DNA of 63,813 nt, filler included, from Choristocarpus tenellus KU-1152 (Eukaryota > Protista > Phaeophyceae): NCBI GenBank assembly GCA_964200185.2. It is 10 parts of 10 records of this genome, joined end to end, with 100 filler letters (N's around TTAATTAATTAA, not from the genome) between each part and the next. Parts side by side here need not be neighbours in the genome. Positions count along the whole stretch, not along the records: positions 1 to 12,796 come from CAXNAD020001701.1; positions 12,897 to 17,632 come from CAXNAD020013274.1; 8 more parts are not named here. One strand, written 5' to 3'. Both the position numbers and the translations under genes were made by a program. Each line of letters begins with the position of its first letter. The stretch's first letter is position 1. This document shows positions 1-12,916 of the stretch, one piece after another. A model generated the notes under the pieces. The model did not search any database, was not told the DNA's origin, and was given only the letters and a program-made list of their open reading frames with translations.

Positions 1-1531
1 GTCTTGCCCGGTGATTCTCTTCGCCACCCTTGCCTGAGTGAACCACGCCGCCACAGAATCACACGATCCACAGTAATGTGGAAGTAGAAGATTCTTTTTG
101 CTATTTCTGGTTTTGTGATCTGGTGATGGTTGTACACATCTATATAAATGAACTTAACTGTTTCTACTTCCGTTTTATAAAATATTTCAACCACGTTTCC
201 TGAATCACAGAAGGAAACGGAAAACCACAATCATAGTGAGGGTTCATTGCGGAGAGAGTGAGTAAGGTCGGTGGAATAACATCCAAACCAAACTTTCTTC
301 CAAAAATGTAAGGACCAATGGGAATCATATCATTTCATACAAGAGTATTACACAAACTCTAGTACGATATGGGATTGGTATCATATATGATTTATGTATT
401 AGTATTATGAAGTATATATAATATGTCAGCAGATTATGTAACAAGGTGTATCTATATCTTGAACATTAGTATCACCATATTTTTGATATACATGTTGATA
501 TTCTATAAATGGAACAAGAACAAACCCTGTTATAATTACTTCGTAAGTATAGGAAAATCTTTGTTCCTATAAACGAGCAAAAAATAATGATAATATTCCA
601 CAATCCATCGAACTCTCTTATGTTTCTGTATTTCTCAAAAAGGGGCGATATTTTGAGAAACTTGCCTCTTTCTACTCTATAAAATAAAAAGGTGATAAAA
701 GAAGGAATAGTTCTGGGTTGAAGCTTCTGAATGTTTTTGGAGATGACGAATCACAGAATTTAGCATCCATATATATAGATCAAATTTCAAACATATGTAG
801 ATCTAAATGTGAAATTCTGTGTTTTTAGATACTCAAGGTTCGAAATATCTCCATTTTTACAATTTCATACCCACTTACATTACATTAATGATAGTATTAG
901 ATACTGACAAGATGGTAGCATGCAATGAAAAATCGGAAAATATATCCCACATACAGAGAGAGAGCGGCATCAAGATGGATTACAGATGTATATATATTAT
1001 TATGCCCTCTAACATTTTGTAGATGTATATCGTTATGCACCGCTTATTACCTTTAATGTAAGTAATAGATTCAAAACATGCCATTGTTCATTTTGTAATA
1101 TATTTTAGTGATAGTGAAGTAATTACTATTATTTAGGTTCCTAGAGTCAGTAAGTACGAATATTGTCTATTGCTTTCTATTTTTCAAGAGTAACAAAAAA
1201 GTACAGTGTTGTATAATTAGAAAGAGTGAGTATATCTCTCAGGGTTAGGGGTAAAAAAAAAGTTCAATTGATCTTCTGAATTAATCTTATATTACCGCTT
1301 GTCTTGGGGTCTTTTTGCGAAGTATGAAACTCGACCCCACACACAGACCAAGAAAGGCTCTAAAGTAAAGGATACATCACCCTATCCCCTCCAGTTCATC
1401 CCCATATCAGTCTGCTTGGAACAACTAATAATCCCCACCTTAGAACAACACTCTCCTTTAAACTTGACTCTCACCGACAACAGAGTGTCCCCACAGTTAA
1501 TTTTTAGTTTTTGTTTGTCCAGGCTGTTACT

Positions 1532-4500
1532 ATGGCCTCGGAAGATGCAACCCCATCAACCCTGACTTCTGCGATCGAGGTGAAGTACAGTCTGATATGT
1601 TGATGCTCAGTAGGCTCGCAGTTATTGAGAGACGGCCCCGACAGATCGATGGACTCGATATATTGTGTATATTATTCCATATCTGTGCTTTTCTTCACGC
1701 ATTGGCCTATTGTTCTTCGTCTTGACTTGTAGACACCCCCATTATTATCAATGCCACCCACCACGTCGGTGCCCTTCCCAGCTACCTTAACCTTTTTCAT
1801 CGACTTCTATCTCATTTGGTGTCTATGTTTCGCATGTCCCCATTATTTTATTCCCTTCTAACTCCGAAAAGCTCGACTGCCCTCAATATAACAACATAAT
1901 CCTTTTTCGTATGACAGAGATTCGCAAGGTACCTACCCTCCCTGCGTCAAGTGTTCTCCGAGATCGTGACTTAAAAACCTCTGCGTATGATGATCCTCAA
2001 CTTTTATTTCGATCCTACCAATGGCAGTTGTCGACGACTGTTCGAAAAACTTCATGTCGATGTTGACAAATGATCGTATGAAGGCTCCCTTTGACTCTAT
2101 CAGACTTGTCAGCGCTTACACAGAATCCTTCCCAATGATATCTCTCTCATCGATCTCTACGAGAACCTCCTCCAATAATACTCTGTTACGCGCTATAAGC
2201 AACTGGATAAACTAGCCAAGAAGTGTGACACCTAAGTGGTACACCTGGAACAATATATTCTGTCCTCTCAATATTGGGGTAACAGGTCTCGCATTTTCTG
2301 GAACTGTCCACTACTGTCCCACTACAGTAGCCTTTCCGTAGGACTTCAGTCCCTCACCTGAACTAATTAATTATACGCAATCTCCACTCCTCAAGTGCAT
2401 AGCTCAACATTTCCACCCCTCCAGTGCATTCCAACAATGAACTTTTGCGAGTGTGTGTTGCCAATGACGTATATGCTGTACACCATAATGTTACATCGAC
2501 GATCTGAAATTTTCCTGATTACCTCTACTGCCGTCACCACCAGTCCGTCACAGACAAGGTATCTGAAGCTGTCGCAAACGTTGTAGAGGGAGCTGGAGAA
2601 ACGGCAACAGTAGCTGTGGAGGAGTTGAAGGAAACAGTCACCGAATCAGTAAGCAGGAACCCCACTCTTGTCTCTGTCAGTACATTCTAGGACTCTCTGT
2701 CGCTAGGGTTATTGCACTTCACCATAAAGGTCAAGTATTCGTGAGCACCAAGGACAGTAAACACCTCCTTTGACAACACAGAGTAGATGGAAGAATTAGC
2801 AAAATATTTAGTCAGATGTGAGACCCAGCTTTGTGGTAGCTGTGATTTCTAGAAATGTTTTTTAACGGTCACAAGCTAAAATCAACACAACAGTGTTTTT
2901 TATTGTTTTTTCCAAGAACTTTCCATCTAAGAACATGTCTAGTTAACTTGGACCCTCGACTAACCTGAACTGATGTCTGTTCAACACCTCAACAGGTAAA
3001 AACTGTCACTGCCGGACTCCAAAATGTTACCGCCACTGATGCAGAGGTACGATGAGAAGTTCTCAACTGTGATTGTAGTGCACACCAGAGTTGAATTTTG
3101 AATTCCACTTTAACTTCAACAAATTATAATCCATGGTTTTGCCTTTATTTGGAACATCTAGTGTTGTGCCCTTTGAGTAGAGTGCTTAGGATTTTCCAAT
3201 CCCTCACAAGCAAGTTGTGACAGGTCTTTGGAGGAAATGTGATTCCTCAATAAAGTTTATATATAAATACAAACAAGTTTCTGCGATTGTCAACTATGTT
3301 GCTACCTCACCACTCACACACGCCTCCCACATACACATGCCCATATTTTGGATTCTGCAGGCCCCTGTTGTCACTGTTGAGACACCTGCTGTTGCGGCTG
3401 AAACACCTGCAGTGGCAGCAGAACCAGCAGTGGAGATCCCTCCTGTTGAAACTCCTGCTGTGGAAATCCCCGCTGTTGAGACCCCAGCTATTGAGGTATC
3501 TGTTGTTCAGCCCCCTGCATCAGTAACGCAGGTTGTGGAAGAAGCACCAGCTGTTGTAGAGGAGGGTGTCACTGCTGTTGGAGATACTGTTGGAGATCTT
3601 TCAGTACCAGAAGTGGCTGTTGAGGTTGGTGCTACCTACAAATTCTTGTTTGTAGCTGACATTTTGATATCGGTGTTTTTGTACAAACAATTCTTGATGT
3701 GTGACACGCCAGGAACGTCTCAATACTCACCAATATTATCTTCTTGTCTGCCTCAAAACAGGTAGCAGGATCAGAAGAGGCCAGGGCTGCTCCTCTCACA
3801 GTTTCTGATGAGGTGCGTTTCATCCAAAACCTTTTTTGGTCATGATAGGGTTAATAAAAAACCACTTACCATAATTTCCTCTTTTTTTACTGATGGTAAT
3901 TGCTCTACAAAATTATCACTGAAATCAACATGTGCACAAACCTAGACTTTTGCATGATAAATTACAGCACAAAATATATTCAGTATGTAGAGTATGGCAA
4001 TGTGCCTCAAGAATCAAAATTTACCATGCTGATCAATGCAACCCATTAAAAAATGTTTCTTGGGGGTGGCTTTTTCATGCCTGCTGCTGCAATTGTTCAA
4101 TAGGCTCCAACAGTTGAAGCTGCCCCATCTGCTAGGAAAATGGGACTTCTTGGCAAGGTGTGACATATGAAGCCAATTTTGTGAAGAGAAGATATTAGTG
4201 TACACCACTACACTTTGGAGATCAGTCTGTGCAGACATGACCGCACAGAACTGTCCTTACATTTCATCTTCCTCTTGTCTTTTATGTCATGTACTGATGG
4301 CTTAATCTTCCTGTCTATGCCTTTGCTTTGGACACAAATAAAATGTGTATATATTTTGGGGTGGTGTTTGAAGTGCTGTAACTTAGAAGTGAAGTTAAAG
4401 TTTTTTATTGTTAATGTGGGAGTTTTCTGTTGGTTGATTTTAGGCGACTTTCAGAATCAAAGAACAATAGAATTAGGTTCCTCTTGGCGGTTGGGTAAGT

Positions 4501-7500
4501 TGTTGGTGTGTCAAATTTTGTTCAATATGTACTCACTGCCTTGTTCTGTGCTTCAATTTTGTGGTCCATCCCCTTTCCTTGTCAGACTAATTTTCCCTGG
4601 AGACTGTTTTAATAGATTGTGACTGTGATAAAGAGGTAGTATGACAATACACTTATCTAGTGTTTTGTGTCTAGCAATAAGTATTGCTTCTGTTGTAGTT
4701 TGTTTAAAACCTATATTTGTGTGATAAAATATGAATTTTCTGACATTAAGAATACCCTACTGACATACAACCCTGCACTCTTTGGAATGGTGATACCTGT
4801 AATAAATAAGGTTAAGTCTGTTTTCAAAGGTAGGAAGAAAGATGCAGCAGCAGCTGTGGAGGAGACAGTTGAGGCTGCTGGTGATGCTGTTACAGAGGCT
4901 GCTAAGACAGTTACTGATGCAGTAACTGAGACTGCAGAATCAGAGATCCAGCCTGAAGCCTCTGTAACTGTTCCTGAGGTTGCTGCTGCTGGTGAAGAGG
5001 TTGCTGCAGATGCTTCCACCACAGTTGAAAAAACTGTAGAGGTTTGTTCAATCCTGAAGTGTGTTATTTATTTTGAGAATGGTGGGTCGAACCTGCATGA
5101 TGCTGTTCTACCACTTCTGTGGTCGGGCACCATAATATTGACATTGGTAAGCATGAATGCAAGTTTGAATTATCCTTTCTTTGTCACAATTCTCATGTGT
5201 TAGCAACATTACTTGTATATTGTCTTTGTGCATAACGTCTAAAAGGTTGAGGCAACAGTCCCAGTCACTGAGGCTCCGAAGAAGTCTGGAAGGCTGCACA
5301 TCAAGGTAAAGCATGGATGTACTTTAGTCCAAGTTATAGATTTTTTTGTTACTTAAGTTCAAATTGGTGCAAACCAGGGAGATAATTTTGTAAACATCAC
5401 ATGATGCTTATTTGTCAACCGCTTGTCATGTGATGATTTATAGGGTTAGGGTTAGGCCTGAACGTGTGTAAAGATAACCATTAAAAAGTTAATCTGACCA
5501 TATTTTCAATGACCTGATGAGGTAGATACCGAAGCTGATCGGAAAGGACAGGGCTACTCAAGAAAAAGAACCTGAGGTTTCTGCTAGTGTTGAGGAGACA
5601 ACTGAAGAAGTGGAAGCAACTGTTGAGACCCCTGCTGTCGAAGTTGACACCCCTGCAGTGAATGTTCCTGTGGTTGAGCCGCCGTCTGTGGAGGCTCCAA
5701 ACGTGGAGGTAGGAGTTGATACTGAAGTGGCGATACCTGAGGTTACTCAGGCTGGTGATGTGGTGGCTCAGTCAAAGGAAGAGGTACGTTGTTTGAGTGC
5801 ATGAAAGATAAATTTTGGCGGATATCATGGCTTTTATTTCTGAAAATCGTATTTTTGTGTAGACTAAATGGAGTAGATGTGGAACAACTTAATGGAACTG
5901 AACTAAACCCAAAGGATTTCTTTAGAAGATTTATATGAAAAGTTCTTTGACCTGGAGGTTAAAAGTTGCATCGAAAAACAAAGAGACATTTGCATCTTAT
6001 CATTGTACTTGATTACTGAACAGGTAGTATCTGAGTCCAAGGTTGGGGATGCAGCAGCTGTTTCACTGGAAGTTGGTGCTGCTGAGGTAATTCTTCATAA
6101 ACTTTCTCAACTACCTGAAATGAGGGACTTCTCATTACCAACCTTGCAAATCATTTCTTTTCAATATGCCAACTTGATTGTGATGCTTGTGAAAACAGAA
6201 GCGTGTTACGAGTGTCTCTAACATCAGTCCCCCTATTTTCCATTTCTGGTAAATGTTTTCGTGACAGACAACCGTTCAAGCGCCATCATCGAAGTCCTTT
6301 TTCCATGTGAGAAAACTCAAGTACTGGTGTTGTTTATTAAGTACCTAAAGTTCAAAAGACTTCTTATGTTGTCTCCTGGTGAAGTTCCTCGTGCCAATGC
6401 TAGAAAAGCAGTTTAGTTTTCGTAGGTCAGACTAGATTCGAATTGTAAGATTGCTTGAACAATAGTATCACTCATCTTTTGAAAAGGTATGATAAGAGTG
6501 GATGTAGAAATCATTCACATTACGCACTCAAAACGTGTTTATGTGTATGTGTGTATGTGCTGTTATGATTGTATCACGGCTGTCACCAATCTCGGTTTTG
6601 TACTTGACAAATGTTTCACCTTTCCATTCCACGGTTCCCTGGTGAACTTTCTTATCTTCAGTTACCCAAGTTTTTTGGTGGCAAGGCAAAGGAAGGAGTA
6701 AAACATGTAGAGGAGGCTGTTGATGAGGTCACCACCACGGCTACTGAGGCTGTAACAGAGACTGTGGAGAACGTCAAGACTGCCGTGACTGAAGCTACCA
6801 CTTCGGTCAGTGAATCTGTGGCTGCAGCAGTGCCATCTGCTGAGGTTGAAACAGCAGTCCCTGAAGTCCCAGCTGAAGCTCCTGCTGTTGAAACTCTTGC
6901 GGTTGAAACTCCTGCTGTTGAAGCACCTGCTGTCAAGGTCGTCGAGGAGGCTCCTGCAGTGTCAGATGTACCATCCACGGCAGAAGTGCCTGGTGTTGTT
7001 GCCGAAGCTGCAGCTTCATCGAGAGAGGTTGCTGATGTAGAGACCACGGCAGAGGTAGGTTAAACCTTTAGGATACAGTGTAGCGAGGATTTCTAAGGTC
7101 AAGGTTGAGGATTTACATTTAGGACATTTGCTTTTGAGAATTTTATGAAAGATTTCATGTTTTTAGACGATCAAAACAGTAGATTTATCTAAGAACCCCC
7201 ACTTTTACCCCAATTGCAATTGTAGGGAACTGTGGCTCAGCCGAAGAAGAAGGGTCTCTTATTCCGAACGGTAAGAAACACTGTCATGCATGGACCTACT
7301 GTTCTTTAAGATCGCAACCAAATGGTTCAGATGTTCAGTATTATCGCAGTCCTTCACTAGTCGACATTGTATACCCACTCCTGGCAATGTACTCTCACCG
7401 TACTCTCCTTAAACAGTTACGAAATAAAATGAGCTTCAAGGGAACAAGCAAGTTCAACGAGACAATGGCAGGGGAAGCTGCTGCTATTGATGCTGCTGCA

Positions 7501-10168
7501 GGAACAGAAATTCCAGCGGTTGAGACCCCTGCCATCGAGACTCCAGCTGTGGAGATCGCTGCAGTTGAAACCCCTGCCGTCGAGACCCCTGTCGTCGGGA
7601 CTGCAGCGGTAGAGACCCCGGCGCTTCCAGTTGTAGAGACCCCAGCCGTCCCATTGGTGGAGACTCCAGCAGTACCAGCTGTTGAGACCCCAGCGGTACC
7701 AGCTGCTGAGACCCCAGCGGTCCCGGCTGTTGAGACCCCAGCGGTCCCGGCTGTTGAGACCTCAGCGGTTCCGGCTCTTGAGACCCCAGCGGTACCAGCT
7801 GTTGAGACCCCAGCACTTCCAGCAGTTGAGGCCCCAGCTGTCGAGTTACCAGTTGTTGAGACTGCAGCCGTCGACACTCCCGCCGTTGAGGCTCCAGCTG
7901 CTGTCTCCACAGGCGAGGCTATAGTGACTGAAGCAGCAACAGAAGCTGCTGCTGTATCTATCACTGCAGAGGTGCGAAAACATGTTAACGTCTGCTTTTG
8001 TTTTTGTTTTTGTTGATATCTCTGAGGCTCAATATTTCATGAGGTATTTTCGGTCGGTGTAGAAGACTGTTAAATGCTTAATGGTTTATGTATTGCATGT
8101 TGGTCTCGATCGGTATTGAAAAAAAATATTTAAAGGCAATGACTGCTGCTATTATATTATTACACGTTTGGATACTGACAAATTCTGATATTTTGGTCCC
8201 CTCTTCTTCCTGTTGCTATTGTATTGTATTTTATTGTTACCAGGAGACTCCTGCTGTTGCACCTACTCCTAAGAAGAGGTTTTCGCTGGTAAGTCTTGCA
8301 GTCGCTTTTTGCAGTTGTTGAATGCTTTGTGAAGTGCTACATATTTCAATGAACTCTTGACTTTGTGTGATAGTTCGATAAAATTTCGATATTTTCGTGT
8401 TTAGGATTATGGGCATTATTTCTTCATTTGATGATTTTTTGTGAGTTGTTGTGTTGTGCCCGCTAATTTTTGTCGCATATTTAATGGTGTTGTGAAAATC
8501 TTACACAGAGGATGCTCAGTGGTAAGACTAAGGAAGTTGCCAAGACTACCACTGCTGCAGCTGAGAATATCACAGAGAGTGCCACTAAGACTGCTGCTGA
8601 GGTCACTGAGACTGTCACTGAAACTGTCACCGAGACTGCAGCTGAGATTGCTGAGTCAGCCTCCAAGGCTGCAGCTGGGATCACCGAGGCAGTTTCTGAA
8701 GCTGTAGCACCTACTGGGGAGTCTGCGGTGGGTACCCCTGCCATTGAAACTCGAGCCATGGAAACCTCTCCTGTTGAGACCCCAATTGTTGATGTTTCTG
8801 TAGTCAGTACTGATGAAGTGCAATCCCCCACAGTTGAAGAGCAGTCACAAAGGGAGGGTGAGGTGTGTTCTTCTTTTTTTAAAATGTGTGTTGGTGGCGA
8901 CTGAACATTTTTGTGTTCTCTGATGGCAGGGGTATGGTGCAATGTTTTTTTTTTGTCTTGAAATCTTCCGTACTGTGGTACGTGAACAGTATTTGTTGGG
9001 AGCGGTTTTTCAATTATGCTTTTTTTTGTTGATTTTAAAGGTCTATTTTTTATTGTTTTGTGTATGTTTTATTGTTCATGGTGTGGTAGATATTGAAGGA
9101 ATATCCTTCCAAACACTTCAGCTGTAGGAGTAGCTGCGTGTCCATGCTGACAGCAGGAGGAGTAATGAGTTGTGTTTATTGGTGTGAATTTTTACAACAG
9201 GTTCCATCACGGTGCTCTAGGCATTCATTTCACCTCTTCAGGTCTTTTTCGGTCCATTTTTCGAAGTTGGTATATACTTCTGGTTTAGCTGTGCTCGCGT
9301 TTTTGGAATTGAAGCACGTGTTGTCAAGTAAAGATAATAATTCAAATGACCATTGAAACTTACAGTGCCAACCTGTTTCCACTGTTTTCTCCAAAAATAA
9401 TCTTCATGTGGGACTAAATTTCATGAATGTAGTGTAATCGACTAGAAACTGGTCATGAGATGGATTAAGAAACACATTAAGGAGTCTTGGAAAATGTACT
9501 GCCTCTTGTCTCTTTTTTTATGACATTGACTTGTCTTTCTTCAGGCGGTGAATGATGCAGTTCCCGAGGAAAGTACTGAACCTGCCGTGGAAGTTGTGGA
9601 TGCACCTGTGGCAAAGAAAGAGGGTCTCTTCAAGGTCCGTCAGTCTTTCCTTTTCTATGTCGCAAGAATAGCTGTATGCACATGCATAGATTTTTTCCTT
9701 TTACCGAGTTCACACACACAAAATGTTAAATACAGTATCACAATACAGTATGAATACAGTGTGAATGCAATATCACAATACAGTAAAGGGGAGGGTTAAA
9801 CTCAAAAGTTGTGCTCAAAACTTGGTCAGGTCTAGGTAACCTGGTTAAGGTGTGCAGCAGCGACGTTGTGAATTTACCTTACACCTCTTTAATATCTTGG
9901 TGTAATGTTTGTTTACTATCTAATTTTCGTGGTACAAATTTGTACCCGGTCATTGCAGGGCCTCAGGAGACTGAGCTTTGGCAAGTCGAAGAAGTCAACT
10001 ACTTCAGCCCCTACTGGTAATGTTGCTGAGACGGTAACTGAAACTGTTGAAGGTGTTACAGAGTCAATTAAGACAACTGTGGATAAGGTTGAGGACACCA
10101 CAATTCCTGATGTTGTGAAGGATGAATTGCCCGCTGTTGCTGTGGAGGTTGCTCCCCCTTCAAACTAA
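1532..10168 (+). CDS. 18-exon acidic, probably disordered Ala/Val/Glu/Thr/Pro-rich protein (~971 aa) with six basic-aromatic motifs (MARCKS/AKAP12-like architecture); uncharacterised
   Basis: Manually derived exons, all bounded by AG/GT and all multiples of 3: 1532-1579, 2544-2648, 2996-3046, 3361-3624, 3762-3812, 4104-4157, 4811-5041, 5246-5305, 5526-5783, 6024-6086, 6268-6306, 6662-7054, 7226-7270, 7417-7971, 8244-8288, 8509-8862, 9545-9634, 9959-10168. They join into a 2916-nt ORF (MASEDATP...EVAPPSN*). Additional small exons may have been missed. Confidence 0.85.
7510..7900 (+). repeat. Coding tandem repeat (15-bp PAVET and 24-bp PAVPAVET units) in exon 14
   Basis: Repeated units like gttgagaccccagcggtaccagct, translating as (P)AVETPAVPAVET... 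Confidence 0.9.
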
Positions 10169-12796
10169 GGGTTTGGATGCATTTCTGCACAACACTCTGG
10201 AAGTCGAGTCAACCAGAGAATGGAGAGACATTGCTGCAACCCTTGTAGCCCAGATTAGATATCTTCATTCCTTTTTCATCTGAAGAGGGTTGTTCATGTC
10301 TTGGAAATGATGGAGGGGGGAGAATAGAAAGCCTTTGTGTGAGGTGTAAATATCGCCGCGCATTGGGTATATTACAACACTCTGGCGTTTGATGGGAACA
10401 TTAGCATCCACTGCAGAAATGTACAAGCAGGCTTTTTCCCGTTTTGTGGATTGCTTCACACCTAGCGTATCACCATCTCTTTTTCACGTCAGCTTGGTCC
10501 GATTCTTTTGTAAGGTGTCTACTACACTAGTCATCAGGATAACCTGTCCTCACTTTGTGTTGTTATGAAGTAGTTGGCCCACCCCTAAGGTGGCAATGTC
10601 AAGTTTATAGGGAAGATGGAAGGTGTGTTTTGGACAAAGGAAAATGGCGAAGAGACCGATGTGCTGCATGCAATAGGCAAGGCAGGGGTGAAGTTTGTGT
10701 CGAACAGACTGAGGAGAATTCTAGAACATTCTGCTCCTGCTAACCTACTGGTCTGTGTTCATTTATTTTTTTTTGTGTTTTAAGTGTGTGTTCTGAGGTA
10801 TTGCGTAGTGTGAGAAGTAGCTTGATGGGGTTGAGTAAACCCTTTCTGTATCGTAGCCCTATCCCTTTTCCCGCTGTTTCTGTTCTCATTTCTATATCTT
10901 TTTATTTCATGCTCCCTTATCTTGCTTGTGTCTACTTCAAATTTTTGGTGTGATGTATGTTGAATTTGTTTGATTCTTTGAATTTTTGAAGAAATGTGTT
11001 TCCCAAGTTAGAGTAATTTGAAGTGAGGGGGGCAATTACGTATGTGGATCAGACAAGCAATATCACATCTGGCTACTAAAGAAGGATTTGAAACTTTCCC
11101 TTTAAGGTTGTGAAGATTCACGGAGTATGTTTGAGTCAGTGGATTGCGCTGTTCATGGAGTTCAATTGGCGTGTGTTGGCGGTTGTGATATAATTTGTTT
11201 TTTGGATGTACTTCTTCCGCTCCCGCCCCCCTCTCTCCCCTAAATTCTCCCCCTGAGTATCCTCTTCTAAGAAGAAAGCGTGCTGGAATAGCTGTACTGT
11301 TACTACAACATGTGGGTGTTTTGAGTTCTGTGCTGATGCTTTCTTTCTTGGTCCTAGTGCACATCAAGTGGTGGTGTGTCTGTGGGCTTGGCAAAGACGA
11401 ATTATCTCCTGGTTCTGCTTTGTCTAAATGATCGAGGTCTATGGAATGTATTCGTTGTGTATGAAAAATCACTCAGCCTCAGTAGCTATAGCTGACTGCA
11501 GACATTTAATTAAAATTACCACCTCATTTTTTTTTTTAGTGGTGAATGATGTATTGTTGGTGGTGAGAGCAAGGTTTATACTGTGTGTTTGGATACAATC
11601 ATGTATGTAGTTGAACTTTGTCGGTGAACTGTGCACTATTCTTTCCCTGGTGTGTAGTGCTTTTTTTGGCTGTTACTTACTGATGATGAGATGTTTGATT
11701 GGTGAGTGTATCTGTAATATGGTGCTTATGAGAACCACGGTAGAAAGGTTTAAATCAATATAACACGTTAACATTCACTACTCTTTTCTCCTTTCTGTGC
11801 TATTTTTTTCTACATTCGGTAGTGTTTTACCTCCATGTTGGTTGCAGTGCCATTGTCATGCCTCGACTGTGGTTCTGCATACCTATTTGTTCACCAAGAC
11901 TTCTTTCCTGTTCATGATCGTTTCGTTTTTAGTGGATGGTGACTTTATTTTGGGGAATGTCGTATCTTTTGGTTTTGAGTACTATTTATAACATTAATGT
12001 AAATCTGAAGAAAGTTTAGATGGTGAGATGTATTCGTCATGCAGCAGTTGACAAGCGAATCATAATATGTTTTTAGTGGGAAAATGATGAGCTGTGAATG
12101 GTAGGAATAGAGTAATGAAGGCACTCCTGTGACAGATTGTGCGAGTTAGCTCACAAATATATCCTATCTAGTAATCTCAGGGCGTGGTGTGTTTATCTGT
12201 ACACCTCCTGGTTAGTGAACCTTCATTGTAAGTCACGTTTACAGTGTCCAGTTTGGGAGTGTTCATTATTTGTACCAGTTATCATATTGGTATCATTTAT
12301 TCTCGTCTTCAAATACACAACTCTTGTTTTATTTACAGAACTACTGTTGTTGTGAAAAGTTTCACTAAAGGCAGGATTTTTCTATGACATGACATACACA
12401 TCGAGTGAACAGATAATTATGTACACAAAACCAACTGGTGAAGATCATGTTCGATAACTTTGCGTCATCTACGCACACCACAGAATATGAGGATTAAGTC
12501 CGCACAACAATAGCTTCAGTAATGTGATAAACGTACCTTTTTACTCAATTAACCAGTTCTAATCAATATAAATTCAACCTCATTAATTTACCAAAAATTC
12601 AATTCAGGTGTAATCTCAATTTTGCTTCACTATGCATGTAGGTACTATAAGGGCTCTCCTTTCTTGGAGCACCCAACATCCAACAGCCGATTTCAAAATT
12701 GAGGATGGAGCTTTTCATTGAGGATGGGCTTGACCCAAAATTGACTGGGATAAATTGAATACAAAATACAAAAAAAAAACATATCGACACTTTATC

Positions 12797-12896
12797 NNNN
12801 NNNNNNNNNNNNNNNNNNNNNNNNNNNNNNNNNNNNNNNNTTAATTAATTAANNNNNNNNNNNNNNNNNNNNNNNNNNNNNNNNNNNNNNNNNNNN
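12797..12896. other. Artificial contig-joining spacer (N44-TTAATTAATTAA-N44), first of nine
   Basis: Identical 100-bp six-frame-stop linker also at 17633-17732, 20297-20396, 24776-24875, 32165-32264, 39765-39864, 53796-53895, 56872-56971 and 61122-61221. Confidence 0.97.
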
Positions 12897-12916
12897 CCTC
12901 TAAGATACTTTGGCTC
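12897..12916. mobile_element. MITE family A, terminal fragment at contig start
   Basis: cctctaagatactttggctc is identical to the end of the full copy at 25381-25400. Confidence 0.75.

Noticed and set aside
6658-7964. Minus-strand Ser/Thr/Ala/Gly ORFs (STAGTAGV repeats)
   Set aside because: Antisense shadows of the repetitive plus-strand exons; splice signals support only the plus strand.
12841-12852. Recurring TTAATTAATTAA palindrome as a biological motif
   Set aside because: Always centred in an identical 100-bp N spacer: an artificial linker. ORFs running into it are artefacts.
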